Assembly: GCA_951406725.2 (NCBI GenBank)
Contig: OX597814.1
Span: forward strand, 20,398,001-20,462,000
Source: Octopus vulgaris
Lineage: Eukaryota
Length of the DNA: 64,000 nucleotides
Reading direction: 5' to 3'
The position numbers were made by a program, and so were the translations under genes. The notes under the pieces are model-generated. The model saw only the letters and a program-made list of their open reading frames with translations. It made no database searches and had not been told where the DNA came from. Shown here piece by piece: positions 1 through 13,368 of the stretch (position 1 is its first letter; each line of letters begins with the position of its first letter).

Positions 1-593
1 AGTCTACAGTCTAGAATGCCTAGTCAACAAAAAGCTGACTCTATATACACTGACTGTGACTGATTATTAGATAAGTGATATCAATTACAGAAATGTTGTG
101 GCTAATTAAAGTATTTATCTTCTCATTGCTCGTGAGATTGAAAATTTAATAAAGGAAAGTATTAATAGAGAATAAAAGAGAGAGGAGAAAGCTGCATGTA
201 ATTGTTATACCCATCTTGTTGCCATTTGTTGAATAGGTGCATATTAAGTTTATTAGGTCACCTTCATAAATCTAGTCAGTCTAATACAATAACTTGTTAA
301 TTGGAGTCATGTCATGAGTACTGTTTTTCTCTCCTGAGAGAATAATCAGTTAAAAACAAATCAACCCCAATTCTTATTCTGAAGTCTGGTACTTATCCGA
401 TCAAATCTCTTGACAAACTGCTAAGTTACAGGGCAGTAAACAAAACAACACTTGCTGTACCAATTTGTTACCTTAAATAAACTATAAAAAGTATCATAGT
501 ATAATTAATGCATGTTTATTAGTCTACTGTACTGAGTTCAAGTTTTCTACTAAGGTCCTAGAAAAGACAACAATACTAATTTTTAGAGTAATA

Positions 594-800
594 TCATCAT
601 CGTCATCATCATTTAACATCCGCTTTCCATGCTAGCATGGGTTGGACGATTTGACTGAGGTCTGGTGAACCAGATGGCTGCACCAGACTCCAATCTGATC
701 TGGCAGAGTTTCTATAGTTGGATGCCCTTCCTAATGCCAACCACTCTGAGAGTGTAGTGGGTACTTTTACGTGCCCCCAGCACGAGGGCACATAAAAGCA
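594..800 (-). mobile_element. 5'-truncated RTE LINE 3' end with (GAT)n tail
   Basis: Reverse complement matches 27750-27918 (ggaagggcatccagctgtagaa...ccaacccatgctagcatgg...gatgatgat). Confidence 0.8.
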
Positions 801-1499
801 CACCTATTTTGGTTCTCATTAGCTAGAGACAAGCTCTGGTTTTTATTATGGGCAGAGGTGGAATGGATAGCATGCAGTAACACATTTAATGCTTAAAACT
901 CCTTGCACACAAGTGTCTGCCACCATCTGATGCATACTTAATTTCTAGAGATTCCAATGTGATTTTTCTTTTGGTACCATGCCCCATAATATCCTTATAA
1001 TAAGCATTCTTTATAGTAATACTTCTTATTTATCCATCAAACAAGCTATGTTCGTTATGAGAACAGGATTGAAAAGTAATAGAAAGAACCAGTTTTTATC
1101 ACATGTCATGTGTGTTAATGTTTTGTCATCGTTACCATCATCACCATCATTATTACCATTACAACTTCTACCACTACAACCATCATTAACACCACTGCCA
1201 TCACCACCAGCAGCAACTGCATGACAGTGACACCTCTGTGATCAGTCTTTCTTTCCACAATTACAATATTATCATCACCATCAATACTCCACCTCTTCTG
1301 TAGACATACTACTATTCCCACCACTACAATGATGACGATAATGTTGACATTCCATGAATAACTAATATTAGAAAAGACAAAACAGATATTTCATAGTTCT
1401 TGCTGTCCATATTGCTGTGTAGCTTGAGGTCAACATTAATTGAGCAGACCGTTGGCATATAGGTAGTCAGTCTAACAACTAGATGCAATTCATAAATCT

Positions 1500-2140
1500 A
1501 TTGTTCTAAATATACCACAGATTTACTCTGGAAATTTGGCACTTCTTTACAATGTCTTCTGTGTATGTTCTGGAGGAGTTCTAAGTAACTTCTAAAATGT
1601 TACCTTCTCTTGTGAGTGCAGTATATCTATGTTGTTGATGGTCGGTTGAATTTTATGTGCTCTGGGGAGACAAGAGGAAGTAAGCAAGCAGCATTGTTCT
1701 TGGATATTACATTGTCTTGGCAACCTCAAAGGTAGTTTATTAGCAAGTGTTTTGTGTTATTTCTTAAGATGGTGTTGTGTATTTTTGTATGAATGGATAG
1801 CAGTGGGGAATGGAATCAAAAACTTTGCTGATGCTAATGGTAGTTAGAATGGTACATTTAGAAGACTTTTTTAATTGTTGAAGTCATCAAGTATTCTTTT
1901 CTCTCTGGTTAGTGAGCTGTGTGGTTATTGAGTATGATATCTGAATCTCTGTTATGATTTTGATAGGAGATATGTGGGTTAGTGGTGTCAAAGATTCGTG
2001 TTTCTAGAATGTTTGAGAGTATATAAAGCAAAGTGATGGGTATGTAGGATGTTACTTCACCTGGGTCTTTGTTGAGTTTTAGAATTGTTTATTTGATCCA
2101 GCTATCAAACTGTGATATGGGGAAGAAAGCGTACCTAATG
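1500..2140 (-). mobile_element. Highly decayed non-LTR retrotransposon RT fragment (clade uncertain)
   Basis: Minus-strand translation has NKDPGEVTSYIPITLL..LSNILE and ISISKVFDSI (cf. YRPISLL, D.SKAFD); many stops. Confidence 0.5.
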
Positions 2141-2324
2141 GGTCTTCTCATAACGTTGACCCTTTCCAGCCAGGATAAGTCTGAGGGAGCTCTGACTGCC
2201 TAACCTCTAGCCACAACCTAATTACATATCCCTGAACTTACAGTTATCATGTCTGTCCTGAGTGGCAGCCTCAAAAGAAAAGAAGCCCACACAAGTTATA
2301 CTTTTCTCACATGATCTCCTTCAC

Positions 2325-4804
2325 TCCTGTCCTTGCAAGACTCCTCGGTCGTTTGTGTGACATCACTGACTCTATACTTCTGGCTCCACTCTGCTCTACA
2401 TGTCCTTTTGATTTCAAAGACCATCTCATCACCTCACCCCATGTCAAAATCTGCCATCCACCTGGGTGTATGTCTCATCCACTGTGACCTTCCCAGAAAT
2501 GGAGTACTGCTTGCATCCTCTCCTCCTCCTGTGAACATCCAAGACATGTTGTTTTTGAGAATTAACAGCTGTTACTATTCCTTTTCCCTGCTGAGACATG
2601 CAGCGCACATTTAGGGACTCAATCCAGACTTCATCTCCTACCTGCCTTCACGCAGGTAGGGAATGAATGTTGCTGTGATACTGTACATGAATGTTGCCAT
2701 TCATATCTGAATGTTGCTATTTGTAGAACCAACTCCTCTACCTGTCCTAACCAGGGGAACAGATTATGCTAAAATACTGCCTCAATTGGTGAGATATGTC
2801 CCCTCTCCACGATTCCATTTCCACTCAGCCTATACACTGTTCTGAAGAAGCAGTTCACATTCCACTTATTGAGCATTACCTTCGGAGCCTCTGAGCAAAC
2901 TGCAGTATTATTGTCCATCAGTAATTCAGCCACAGGGACATGCACCAGAAATATTTCATTCAGGAATCATGCAACTTCATCTGCAGTACATTTTGATTCC
3001 CCTCCATATTGCCATCTGCCCCCAATCTGCATTTGACTTTCATGACATACGTCCTCTGCTGGTAGTGCACCACATCCACTGCCAATCATTTCCAGTTGTG
3101 TTCCACTGGTATGTTTTCCATCTTGTGCACACTCAGAGTAGTGTCATTGGATTGACATCTGTCACAACTCCCTACCACAATCTGAATGCCCTGTCTAGTA
3201 ATGTCAGAGTAAACTTTCTTGGCTAGGTACAGAGCCTTATCCACTCCCATATGAAGCATAGTATGCAATCTTCTTACTTCCAAATAGCTTAGCTAATACA
3301 CTGCAGCTATCCCCTGCTCCAAATCCTCTGGCACTCAGACAGGCTTTTTCCACCTTGGCTAGGACATTTGCTTTATTCCTTTCTGAGGGCTCAATTTCAA
3401 GCCAAATTCAACCACTCTCTCTCCCAGAATCTCTAGGCAGTGCTTTATTAACATCTCTGTTGTCCCTTCCCTTCATAGCTTCCTTTCATTGGTAGTCACA
3501 GATCCCACCTATCCAGTGGCTGAATTAGTTTAAATCTCGATAACATGCAGCCCCTGTATCAGGGCCAGATTCACTCCCTTCAGCACCTCAACCAATTTAG
3601 TCACATCGATCTGGTTGCAATCATTCATTTTCCTAAGCCTGGTTGCATCCTCCACCTCATTGCCCTCTATTTCCAGAGCAAGCCCTATCTCTATGCTGCT
3701 AGCATCACATCATAGGGTACCACTTTCTACTCTGGGCACATACCAGCTCCCTCTTATTGAGTCTTATGCTCTTACCCTCTCTAAAATCTCCCACATAATA
3801 ACCACCATCCTCTCTCCCACTTTGACTCCCCTCCAGCTCTCCCTGTCTGCTTGTCCCTTGACATAGCAACATGCTGTTTGGAGCCACCCCATGATCAGAT
3901 AGTGACTCACCAGTCTCCCACACATCGACAGTTCGCATCTATTCACGCTGGTGTCCAGACCTGGAACTTCATTTCTTCTCCAAACCACCAGTATGCCTGC
4001 TTTGTCTCTTTGTAGCTTGTGCTTTAGTGCAGCTCCTTCTATCCTCACCTCCAGTGGTTTAGCCATTAATTTGACCTTCTTTAAGTGACTTATGACCTCT
4101 GTTGTTGACACCGGGGTCTCATCCACTAAGATGTCATCAATATAGGAATTGGTAGCCTCTTTCACCTTGTCTACCAGAATAAACTTGAGAACCATTGCCA
4201 TAATCTTTGGTACTGAATTCAGCCCCAAAACCAGCATGGTCAAATAGTATGTCTGGCCCTTATGTCTTATCAGCAGATATGTCGATAATTTCTCAGCCAG
4301 GTGTATCTGCAGGTATGCTTACTTCAAGTTGACAATCGTAGGAGCTCTTGTCATCTACCTCTCTTCTTGTAATGTTTCCCCACAAACATCAGTAACCTCG
4401 CTGTCTGTGTGGCACGATACACAGTTGATCAGTTCTTGATAGTCCAGTACCAGCCTGGATTTGTTTCCATTGGCTGCACCACTGCCATTAGTGACAGCAC
4501 CCTGCTCTTTACCTCTTCATTCCAAGGGACTGAAATACCGTTTTCAGTCCATTTCTCCAGCTCTCCCTTGAACTTGCTCCTGGCATCTCCTTTCAGGGTA
4601 TGCTGTTAACAGCTCACCTTATTCCCCAATATCGCAGACTCTCCTTTCCAGCATCACTCACCTGTCCACTGCTAACGACCAAGTACAACTTGAACGTTCT
4701 TGTCTATGATGTATGCAACACATTTCTCTTCATTCTCTTGTCCTTCTGGCAAGGCTCCTTGGCCATTCACATGATGTCACTAACTCTATACTTCTGGCCC
4801 CACT
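2325..4804 (-). mobile_element. Gypsy-like LTR retrotransposon remnant (RT-RNase H-integrase order)
   Basis: RT YIDD (ORF 3764..4243), RNase H DAS..I.LALE, integrase Zn motif H..LHMGV...C.RCQ (ORF 3086..3283); ~65-bp imperfect direct repeat at ~2325-2390 and ~4737-4804. Confidence 0.8.
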
Positions 4805-4849
4805 AAACCCCACACAAATCCTAGGAATTAGACAGTATTAGTACAAGTA

Positions 4850-5082
4850 AAGGCGGCGAGCTGGCAGAATCATTAGCACGCCGGGCGAAATGCTTAGTGG
4901 TATTTCATCTGCCGTTACGTTCTGGGTTCAAATTCCGCCAAGGTCAACTTTGCCTTTCATCCTATTGGGGTCGATTAAATAAGTACCAGTTACACACTGG
5001 GGTCGATATAATTGACTTAGTCCGTTTGTCTGCCCTTGTTTATCCTCTTTGTGTTTAGCCCCTTGTGGGTAGTAAAGAAATA
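4850..5082 (+). mobile_element. SINE family B (tRNA-like head), with 16-bp TSD
   Basis: TSD AGTATTAGTACAAGTA at 4834-4849 and 5083-5098; GTTCAAATTCC B-box-like motif; related copies at ~21155-21350, ~21979-22190, ~47990-48132 (-), ~61030-61190. Confidence 0.85.
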
Positions 5083-5916
5083 AGTATTAGTACAAGTAGT
5101 TATAGCAGTTGGTGAGTGCAGTGATTTCATCAGGTTGCAAACGTTTTTGTTGTACATTTATCATTTGGTTTCACCTTGAGGCTTTGAGTTTTAGATTTCT
5201 CTCTTGAATTTTTTGATCTAATAGCACTGTATTTTTCATGTTGCTTTGAAAGGATATTTTTTTAAGATCCTCTAAATATTTTGTTTGAGGTTTGTACTAC
5301 AATCATTATATATATGCTGATTGTAGCATTGTTGAATTCTGTGAACATTATTGATAATTATGGTTGAGTATATTCTTTTATCACTCTCCTATTTCTTGCC
5401 CTCTTAACTATTTCACCTTCTTTACTGTTGCCATATTCGTCTTTATCATCTTTACCTTCAGTGTCATTATTACAAATTCTTTTGAACATATCACTGTCTC
5501 AAACATTGATGATGACCCTCTCATCACTTCATTTTCCTACATCATCAACCCACCCCTTATTAAACTTTAGAATTATTCTTCTATCATTTAAGTGCTCCAG
5601 TACAACTAAATATTTCTTTTTTGTAGCCTGATCATATTCTAAAAGTTTTAATTTTCTAAGCCAAACAATATATTTAGGTCACTATATTCTTCCAGAGTTA
5701 AGAGGAATGACATTGTGACATTTAACAGGTTTTTCACATGACTATTGTGTCACATGAAAAGAAAAAAAATTTGTTTATCTTATTCCACTTACAGCTTCAT
5801 ATATTATTTTGTTTCATTCATTCTTTTGTTTTTTTGTCTCATTTTAGGAAAGAAAGGTACAAACCATATTTTTATGAGACCATTTTTTCATGGAAAGGTC
5901 AAGTTCTGGTCTAGAT

Positions 5917-6500
5917 CTGGGGTTCTCAACCACCAGGCCATGAACCAGTACTGGGCCATGGATCGTTTTGTATCAGGCTGTACAAAAAGAATAAATTTTT
6001 AAATGTAATTTCTATTTTATCGACTATCACAATCTGCAGGTTTTTTTTAATTACATATGTATTATATAGGACACATGGCCTAGTGGTTGGGGTGTTGCAC
6101 TCATGATCACAAGATCGTTGTTCCAGTTCCTAGACTGGGTGGTGTGTTGTCTTTCTTGAGCAAAAACTTCATCTTATGTTCCTCTGCAACCACTGACATG
6201 GGACACATCAGGCACCTGTGCAGGCAACATTGATTTGATGGAGGGAGTGAGCTAATGTATGGCACATAGATTTGACCATTATAAACAAACCATTTGTACA
6301 GACTGTCCAGCAAAAGCTGAACACTCATATGTTATCTCTTGGTAGGAGAGTCCATCATATATATATATATGTATTATATATGTAATAATTAGATTATATA
6401 ATATACACTTTATTGTGCTTTATTATGCACATGATCCCTTGATCTGTGTAAAAAATTGTCTTGCATGAAACTGGTCCATGGTACAAAAAGGGTTGGTTTA
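5917..6500. mobile_element. Possible non-autonomous hAT-like DNA transposon remnant interrupted by a SINE
   Basis: GGGGTTCTCAACC start and CAAAAAGGGTTGG end resemble Charlie-type termini; TIR/TSD not clean. Confidence 0.35.
6068..6357 (+). mobile_element. tRNA-derived CORE-like SINE (decayed)
   Basis: A-box TGGCCTAGTGG, then CORE-like TTCTTGAGCAA; head similar to 54653-54993. Confidence 0.65.
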
Positions 6501-6577
6501 AGTAACTTGGTCTAAGTAACTGTTCAGGTGAGGTCAATGTGGTTTACAATTAATGTGAACTCTAAATAAGTAGCTGA

Positions 6578-7072
6578 CATCATCATCATCATCGTTTACC
6601 GTCCACTTTCATGCTAGCATGGGTTGGACGATTTGACTGAGATCTGGTGAACTAGATGGCTGCACCAGACTCCAATCTGATCTGGCAGAGTTTCTACAGC
6701 TGGATGCCCTTCCTAATGCCAACCACTCCGAGAGTGTAGTGGGTGGTTTTATGTGCCACCAGCACGAAGGCCAGTCAGGCGGTACTGGCAACGGTCATGC
6801 TCAAATGGTGCCACCTGCTCAGGAACCAGTCCAGCAGCACTGGCAACGACCTCGCCTGAATTTTTTTTCACGTGTCACCAGCACAAGTGCTAGTAAGGTG
6901 ATGCAGGTAACAATCACACTCGAATGGTGTTTTTGATAGGCCATTGACATGGAGGCCAGGTTGTTGCTCTGGCAACGATCTCATTTGTATGGTACTCTTA
7001 GCATTCCACTAGAACAGATGCCAGTCATCGAATTTGATTTCGATTTCACTTGCCTCAACAGATCTTCGCAAG
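6578..7072 (-). mobile_element. RTE LINE 3' UTR copy
   Basis: Reverse complement matches 27460-27918 including the (GAT)n tail. Confidence 0.85.
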
Positions 7073-7370
7073 TAGAGGTCAGGGGGAAATATTAGGATTA
7101 CAGAGATATACAGTTCTGAAGGGAAAGTAATTGTCAAAGTCTTTCGTTCAATGACCTAGAGATACATGGGTTTATGAGAGAAAAAGGGACAGGTGGATCA
7201 AGTTGGTTAAAGTAGAACTGTCATTTAGTCAGCAAGTTCAACGGAACAGAGGATGTTGTAGTAGAAGAGCAGTCATCTTCTTGCACTACAATACAGCAAG
7301 TAGATAGCTTCACTAATTGAACAACTGCAACAGACATTCGCTGAAATGGATATAGGATTTACTCCTTCAG

Positions 7371-7497
7371 TGTACGTGCATGTGCATGTGTGTGTACGTG
7401 TGTGTGTGCATGTGTGCGCATGTGTACATGTATGCATGCACATGTGTGTGTGTGTGTATGCATGTGTTTGTGCGTACATGCATGCACATGTGTGTGT
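7371..7497. repeat. (TG)n/(CATG)n compound microsatellite
   Basis: Direct reading. Confidence 0.9.
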
Positions 7498-10292
7498 AAA
7501 TAGATGGAAGGAAGTAAAAGATAATCAAGGAAAGTGCATTAATGATTAAATTTCAATTAAATATAACATTTGATCACTTGTTTTCTTTATTCAAAATTCG
7601 GACAGAACTTATGGGATGACCTGATAATTAGTGATATTGACATTTATATTGCTGTCTAATCATACTGAAGTCTGACAACATTTAAATTGTGTAATTTAAG
7701 GCTGGACATAAACCCACTCCCACCCAACATACTCAACAAAGCAAAAATATTTACAATGAAATATAATGAACTCAGACAGTCACCTATTTGAATGACATTG
7801 CATCTACATTCCCCTCCACATGCACACACACATTCTCTAGGCAGTGTTGTATAACTACTCCTGCCCTATTTAAATTATCTAGAAATTTAGCTCCACAGCA
7901 ATTGACTTAAAGTAATGCCTACGAACCCATTGCCTTCCAAATGACTCACAACATCAAAAGCACTGATTACAGCTAACCAACATAACAATAAAAAAAAACA
8001 TATCATACTCATTAAAGATAAAAACACTACAACATTCAGGACATACATAAAACTATAATAAAAATACAAACATAGCACTATCATATTTATTACATTTCAT
8101 CTACATTAAGAAATAATAACAATCGCGTACAAGCAATGCAACATGGACTATACCATTATGCTAGGCCCCCAATCTCTCCAACACGAATCTCAATAAGCTA
8201 CAAAGAACAAAAGCAGTGCATTGTGCTTTGTCATAGCTGTACACAGACCTTACCTAAAGACTACCAGCACAATGAAATATATAAATGAAAGACCACCAGA
8301 CAATAGCACGTGTTACAGAAAGCTTCAACCCCAACGGTCCTTGTCATTATGTTAAAAAAATCAACACCCAAATACCCAGACAACTAATACAACACCCTAG
8401 AGCACAACTACAACACCGTCCGAGAAACACTATGCTCAGACATGCATAAGGAATACAAACACTCAGAAATAGCTGCAACAAAAATTAGCTTCACTGCACA
8501 AACATTTTACTGGGATGCATTACATTACCAATAAATGCAAAGGAACAGTAACTTCCATGCTATGATCTCAAGTTCCCCTTGTTTATCTTCAGTATGGTCA
8601 CTACCAGAATCTCTGGGTATGTGGAAGTAGAACGGACTATGAAGAGAGTGCAATATCTTGAATATGTTACACTGCACTTTGTATGATTCATGAATGCATG
8701 TGAGAGTGCATTCTCCAGAAAGATAAACATATAGAATTATTAGAAAGGTAGATCTGTGGGCCATGCCTTGTTGTTCCACCATCAATCTCCATGCCGTATG
8801 AAAGTTCAATCCGAGCTCACCCGTGATTACACAACATGCTTGATCCAGTGTACTCAAACGAACACCACAACTTTTTCAAATACATTGTTATTAAAAAAAA
8901 TGCAATATGTTCCAAAATATCTCTTTATCAATATCAGCAAAATTATTTACTCCAATGATTTGTCTTTACAGTCATCTTGTTACCATAAGAAGTTCAATTA
9001 TACAAATCACATTAGAAATATCAGGAGTACCTACCTCACATATGTTCAAATAACTTCAGTTCTTGAAGGGAACTATGATTAAGTACTGAGATTCTCTTAA
9101 TCTAACTTAAACACAACAATGAATTGTTCTAGCTCTTGGAATGTAATTCTGGCTGTTGTTACACTTAGTGGTCAATTATAATTGTCTCTACACTTGAATA
9201 TGCTTACAATCGTTGTCAATTGCAATCAAATTCTGAAAAACAATAGTCTCTGTATTACAATGAATGTAATATTAATATACCTCAATTTTTTAATTAAATA
9301 AATATACTAAGATATGGATAAAAGAAGAGAAACATGATTATAAGTGATAAAAATATCATAAGATTATATATATTTGAACAAGATAAGGTGAAATGTTTGA
9401 CATGACATGCTTGTAGATAAGTTAGTGTCAAATATAGCTCAATTACTAATATTATCTTGGTAATATTGGAAAGTAATGGAGACAAATCTGAACATGTTTT
9501 GGTATTATTGGACCTCCTCAGCAAAACAAAATAACTTGTAGTTGTCAAAGTAGTAATGAGAGAATTATTTTTATAAAATACTCAGAGAAGGGGTGGAACA
9601 GTGCTAATGATATTTGTAGGCTCTACCAGGCTGCTTAATGTACTACCAAGAGAAAATATAAATCAGTGTGAGAATTCCAAAGGGTTGAAGTGCTAGGGTG
9701 GAAAGAAGAAGGGAACTGAATTATGTAGAGTTTGAAAGGTGTAACATAATAAGTAAGGATAAAGGGAAGGGGAGAGGTGTATATATGGAGAGGACATGTG
9801 GCTAGCTCATTTGAAAGAATAGATATCATTGTATAGTAATATTGAGCTTATTGTATACAGTGCTCAGATGCACTACAACTCAGCAGAAAAGGGTAAAAAA
9901 GGGAACTGAAAGCAGCAATAAATCAAGTAAAGAAAAAACAGCAACAAAAGCCAAAAGTGCATGCACAATACACATAGTAACCCCACCGTTAAGTGAACAG
10001 TAAAAAGAGCCATGAAGAGATACAGCAAGAACAGTATTGGCAAACTTCAGTGAGCATTAAATCTTTGAAGGATTCAGCTTTTTTAACCGCTAACATCTCA
10101 CACAGGTAGTTTATTCCATACTTAGACAGAGTGAAAAAAATGTTCCTAAAAGTTATGGCTGCTGCATTGTTTTTTTATTTTATAAGTGTGTCTATGAATA
10201 GTAGAGGAATAAAATTAAAAAAGGCAGCCAAAGTTCTTATTGGAAAGATGGTCCATAATTCAGTGGGCTTTTAACAAGCTGACTGCTATATA

Positions 10293-11562
10293 TTGGGTCA
10301 TCACATAAATAATGCATTTTTTTTCCAATTGCATGAACTAAAAGTTGGAGGGGAACAGGATAAACTACCTGTATCAACTTGCTATAAAAGCAGGTAGTAA
10401 TTTTACCTTGTGTTTATTCTTAAATGCAAGTTTTGAAGAGTGCAGTTTGATTTTAACAGTTAATTTTTTCAAAGCTATAATGGAAGTGACAAAGGAGTAT
10501 ATTCAGCAGATTTTGCTTTAAGAGTTCAATAAAGGCAACAATGCAACGGAATGTGCAAAGAATATTAATGCAGTATAAAGGGATTGGACAATAAGCGTAA
10601 ACCAGTGTCAATGGTGATTCTAGAAATTCCGAGCTGGAAACTACTGCCTAGAAGATGGGCCTCATTCTGGAAGAGTTGTAGAGCTCAATGAGGACATCCT
10701 GCATACTCTAGAGGAACAAAATTTCATCATAACTGTTGAGGAACTAGCAGTGAAGCTTGGATTTCATCATTCAATCATTCATTGACACCTGTGGGCTGTC
10801 GGAAAAGTCAGCAAATTGAGTCAATGGGTTGCTCACAAACTTTCCGAGTCTAATCACACGTAGAGAGTGAATGTGTGCTCTTCTTTGCTGTCATGTCTCA
10901 TGAATGAACCTTTTTTGAATCAAATAGCAACTGGTGATGAGAAATGGGTTCTCTATAAAAATGCCAAGTGCCAAAGACAGTGGGCAGGGAAAAGAGAAAC
11001 ACTGGCACTCCAGGCTAAAGAAGGTCTTCACTCACATAAGGTGTTATTATCTGTTTGGTGGGATATGAAAGGTTTAGTTCACTTTGAACTTTTAAACCTA
11101 AACCAAATGATAACAAATGAGATCTACTGTGAGCAGCTTAAGTGGCTTACGTCAGTTCTAGAAGAAAAACAACTATCTTTGTTTTCATGATGAAAGGTGT
11201 TTTTCCATCAGGATAATGCTCAGTCACATACAGCGAGGGTGACATTCCAAAGGTTGGAGCAGTTTGAATGGGAAACGATGCCTCACCCACTATGTTCTCC
11301 AGACATTGCCTCAATTATCATTTATTCCACACTTTTCAAAAATATGAATTCTGTAGATGAGGTCAGAACAGTACTGGAGGAGTATTTTTCACCACGGACA
11401 AGTGAATTTTGGAAAAGCGGCCTTGAAAGTCTACCAGACAGATAGAAGAGCATTGTGGAAAATGAGGAGAGTATATTCTGGATTAAAAAAAAAACTTTGT
11501 TTATCTTAATTTTGAAAAATAAAAGTATTAAAAAAAAGTGCATTATTTATGGGATGACCCAA
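10293..11562 (+). mobile_element. Full-length (1270 bp) decayed mariner DNA transposon
   Basis: TIRs TTGGGTCATC(A/C)CATAAATAATGCA (1 mismatch); TA TSDs at 10291-92 and 11563-64. Transposase from ~10480 has WVAHKL, TGDEKW, HQDNA and CSPDIA motifs, with stops and frameshifts. Confidence 0.93.
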
Positions 11563-12339
11563 TATTTTGAAGTTTTAGTATATCGATATCTGAGATATGA
11601 TGACTGAAAGAAGATATTTATTGCACGTGTCTAGACATCTTCCAATAGATCAACATTCTGGACAAAGAGGGAAATTACAGACAGGAGATGCAAATTGTCA
11701 ATGTATATATATATAGCTTTAATATCTTACTGAGGGATGCTAAAACATTTTCAACTTTTCTTGACAGTTTTAGAGATGTGGTTCATCTAACACAGATCTT
11801 TGTTGACAATAATGCTAAGGCTACATTCACTAGCAGACTCCTTAAGTATGGTGTTGTGAAGGAAATAGGTAAATTTCAGATTTTTTCCTTCCAAAATGTA
11901 TAATAGTGCATTTGTCTACAGTCAGCTTGAGTTGTCAGTTAGCAATCCATTAATACACTGTGTCCAGGTCACATTGTAGGAAAGATTTTATAGTACATAG
12001 GAGCCATTCTTCAATAATAGAAGCAAAGGAAGAAAAAAATGCAAGTCATCTATGCCAGCAGGAAAAAAGACTAATCATCATCATCATCACCACCACTATC
12101 ATCATCATCATCATCATTTTATGTCTATATTACCGATGTCCTGCCATTTGGTGCTTTCCTTTGTCATCTACTTTGTAAAGATCAGAATCCCGGGATCAAC
12201 TTTCACTACTTTTGCCCATATCTTCATTCTATGAAACAAAACAAATACAGATCCACATATGTGTCTATGGATTTGCTAGATATCATTGAGATGACTGGTA
12301 TCAAGTACTCGTATAAATTGAAAAATTCTGCATCAGATA

Positions 12340-12510
12340 GGCGCAGGAGTGGCTGTGTGGTAAGTAGCTTGCTAACCAACCACATGGTTCCGGGTTCAGT
12401 CCCACTGCATGGCATCTTGGGCAAGTGTCTTCTGCTATAGCCCCGGGCCGACCAATGCCTTGTGAGTGGATTTGGTAGATGGAAACTGAAAGAAGCCTGT
12501 CGTATATATG

Positions 12511-12543
<33 letters not shown>

Positions 12544-12786
12544 ATGTGTTTGTGTGTCTGTGTTTGTCCCCCTAGCATTGCTTGACAACCGATGCTGGTG
12601 GGTTTATGTCCCCGTCACTTAGCGGTTCGGCAAAAAGAGACTGATAGAATAAGTACTGGGCTTACAAAAGAATAAGTCCCGGGGTCGAGTTGCTCGATTA
12701 AAGGCGGCCACAAGCATGGCCACAGTCAAATGGCCACAGTCAAATGACTGAAACAAGTAAAAGAGTAAAAGAGAGTAAAAGAGAGA
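12340..12786 (+). mobile_element. SINE family A (tRNA-derived head, CORE-like TTGGGCAAG, internal (TA)n(TG)n, AAGAGT tail)
   Basis: A-box TGGCTGTGTGG, B-box GTTCAGTCC; near-identical copies elsewhere in the window. Confidence 0.9.
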
Positions 12787-12960
12787 GATAGATACAAGAT
12801 CCAACTCTTTTAGGCCATTTGAGATGATATCTTCTCAAATAAGTTTTAGTGGGGTTTTTTCCCCGTTTTTATTGATCAGTGTCGTTCATCATCATCATCA
12901 TCATCAATCACATCCATATTGACAGAAGGCACACAGTACAAATAGCTATAAAATATATAT

Positions 12961-13368
12961 ACTCTTACACTTTTACTTGTTTCAGTCTTTTGACCGTGGC
13001 CATGCTGGAGCACCACCTTTAGTCGAGCAAATCGACCCCAGGACTTATTCTTTGTAAGCCTAGTACTTATTTTATTGATCTCTTTTGCCGAACTGCTAAG
13101 TTACGGGGACATAAACACACCAGCATCGGTTGTCAAGCGATGTTGCGGGGACAAACACAGACACACAAACATACACACACACACATACACACATATACAT
13201 ATATACGATGGGCTTCTTTCAGTTTCTGTCTACCAAATCCACTCACAATGCTTTGGTGGGCCTGAAGCTATAGTAGAAGACACTTGCCCAAGGTGCCATG
13301 CAGTGGGACTCAACCCGGAACCATGTGGTTCGTAACCAAGCTACTTACCACACAGCCACTCCTATGCC
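12961..13368 (-). mobile_element. SINE family A, inverted copy
   Basis: Reverse complement of 12340-12786. Confidence 0.9.

Noticed and set aside
8600-8780. Cys/His-spaced peptides suggestive of a zinc finger
   Set aside because: Interrupted by stops in all + frames and no consistent motif.
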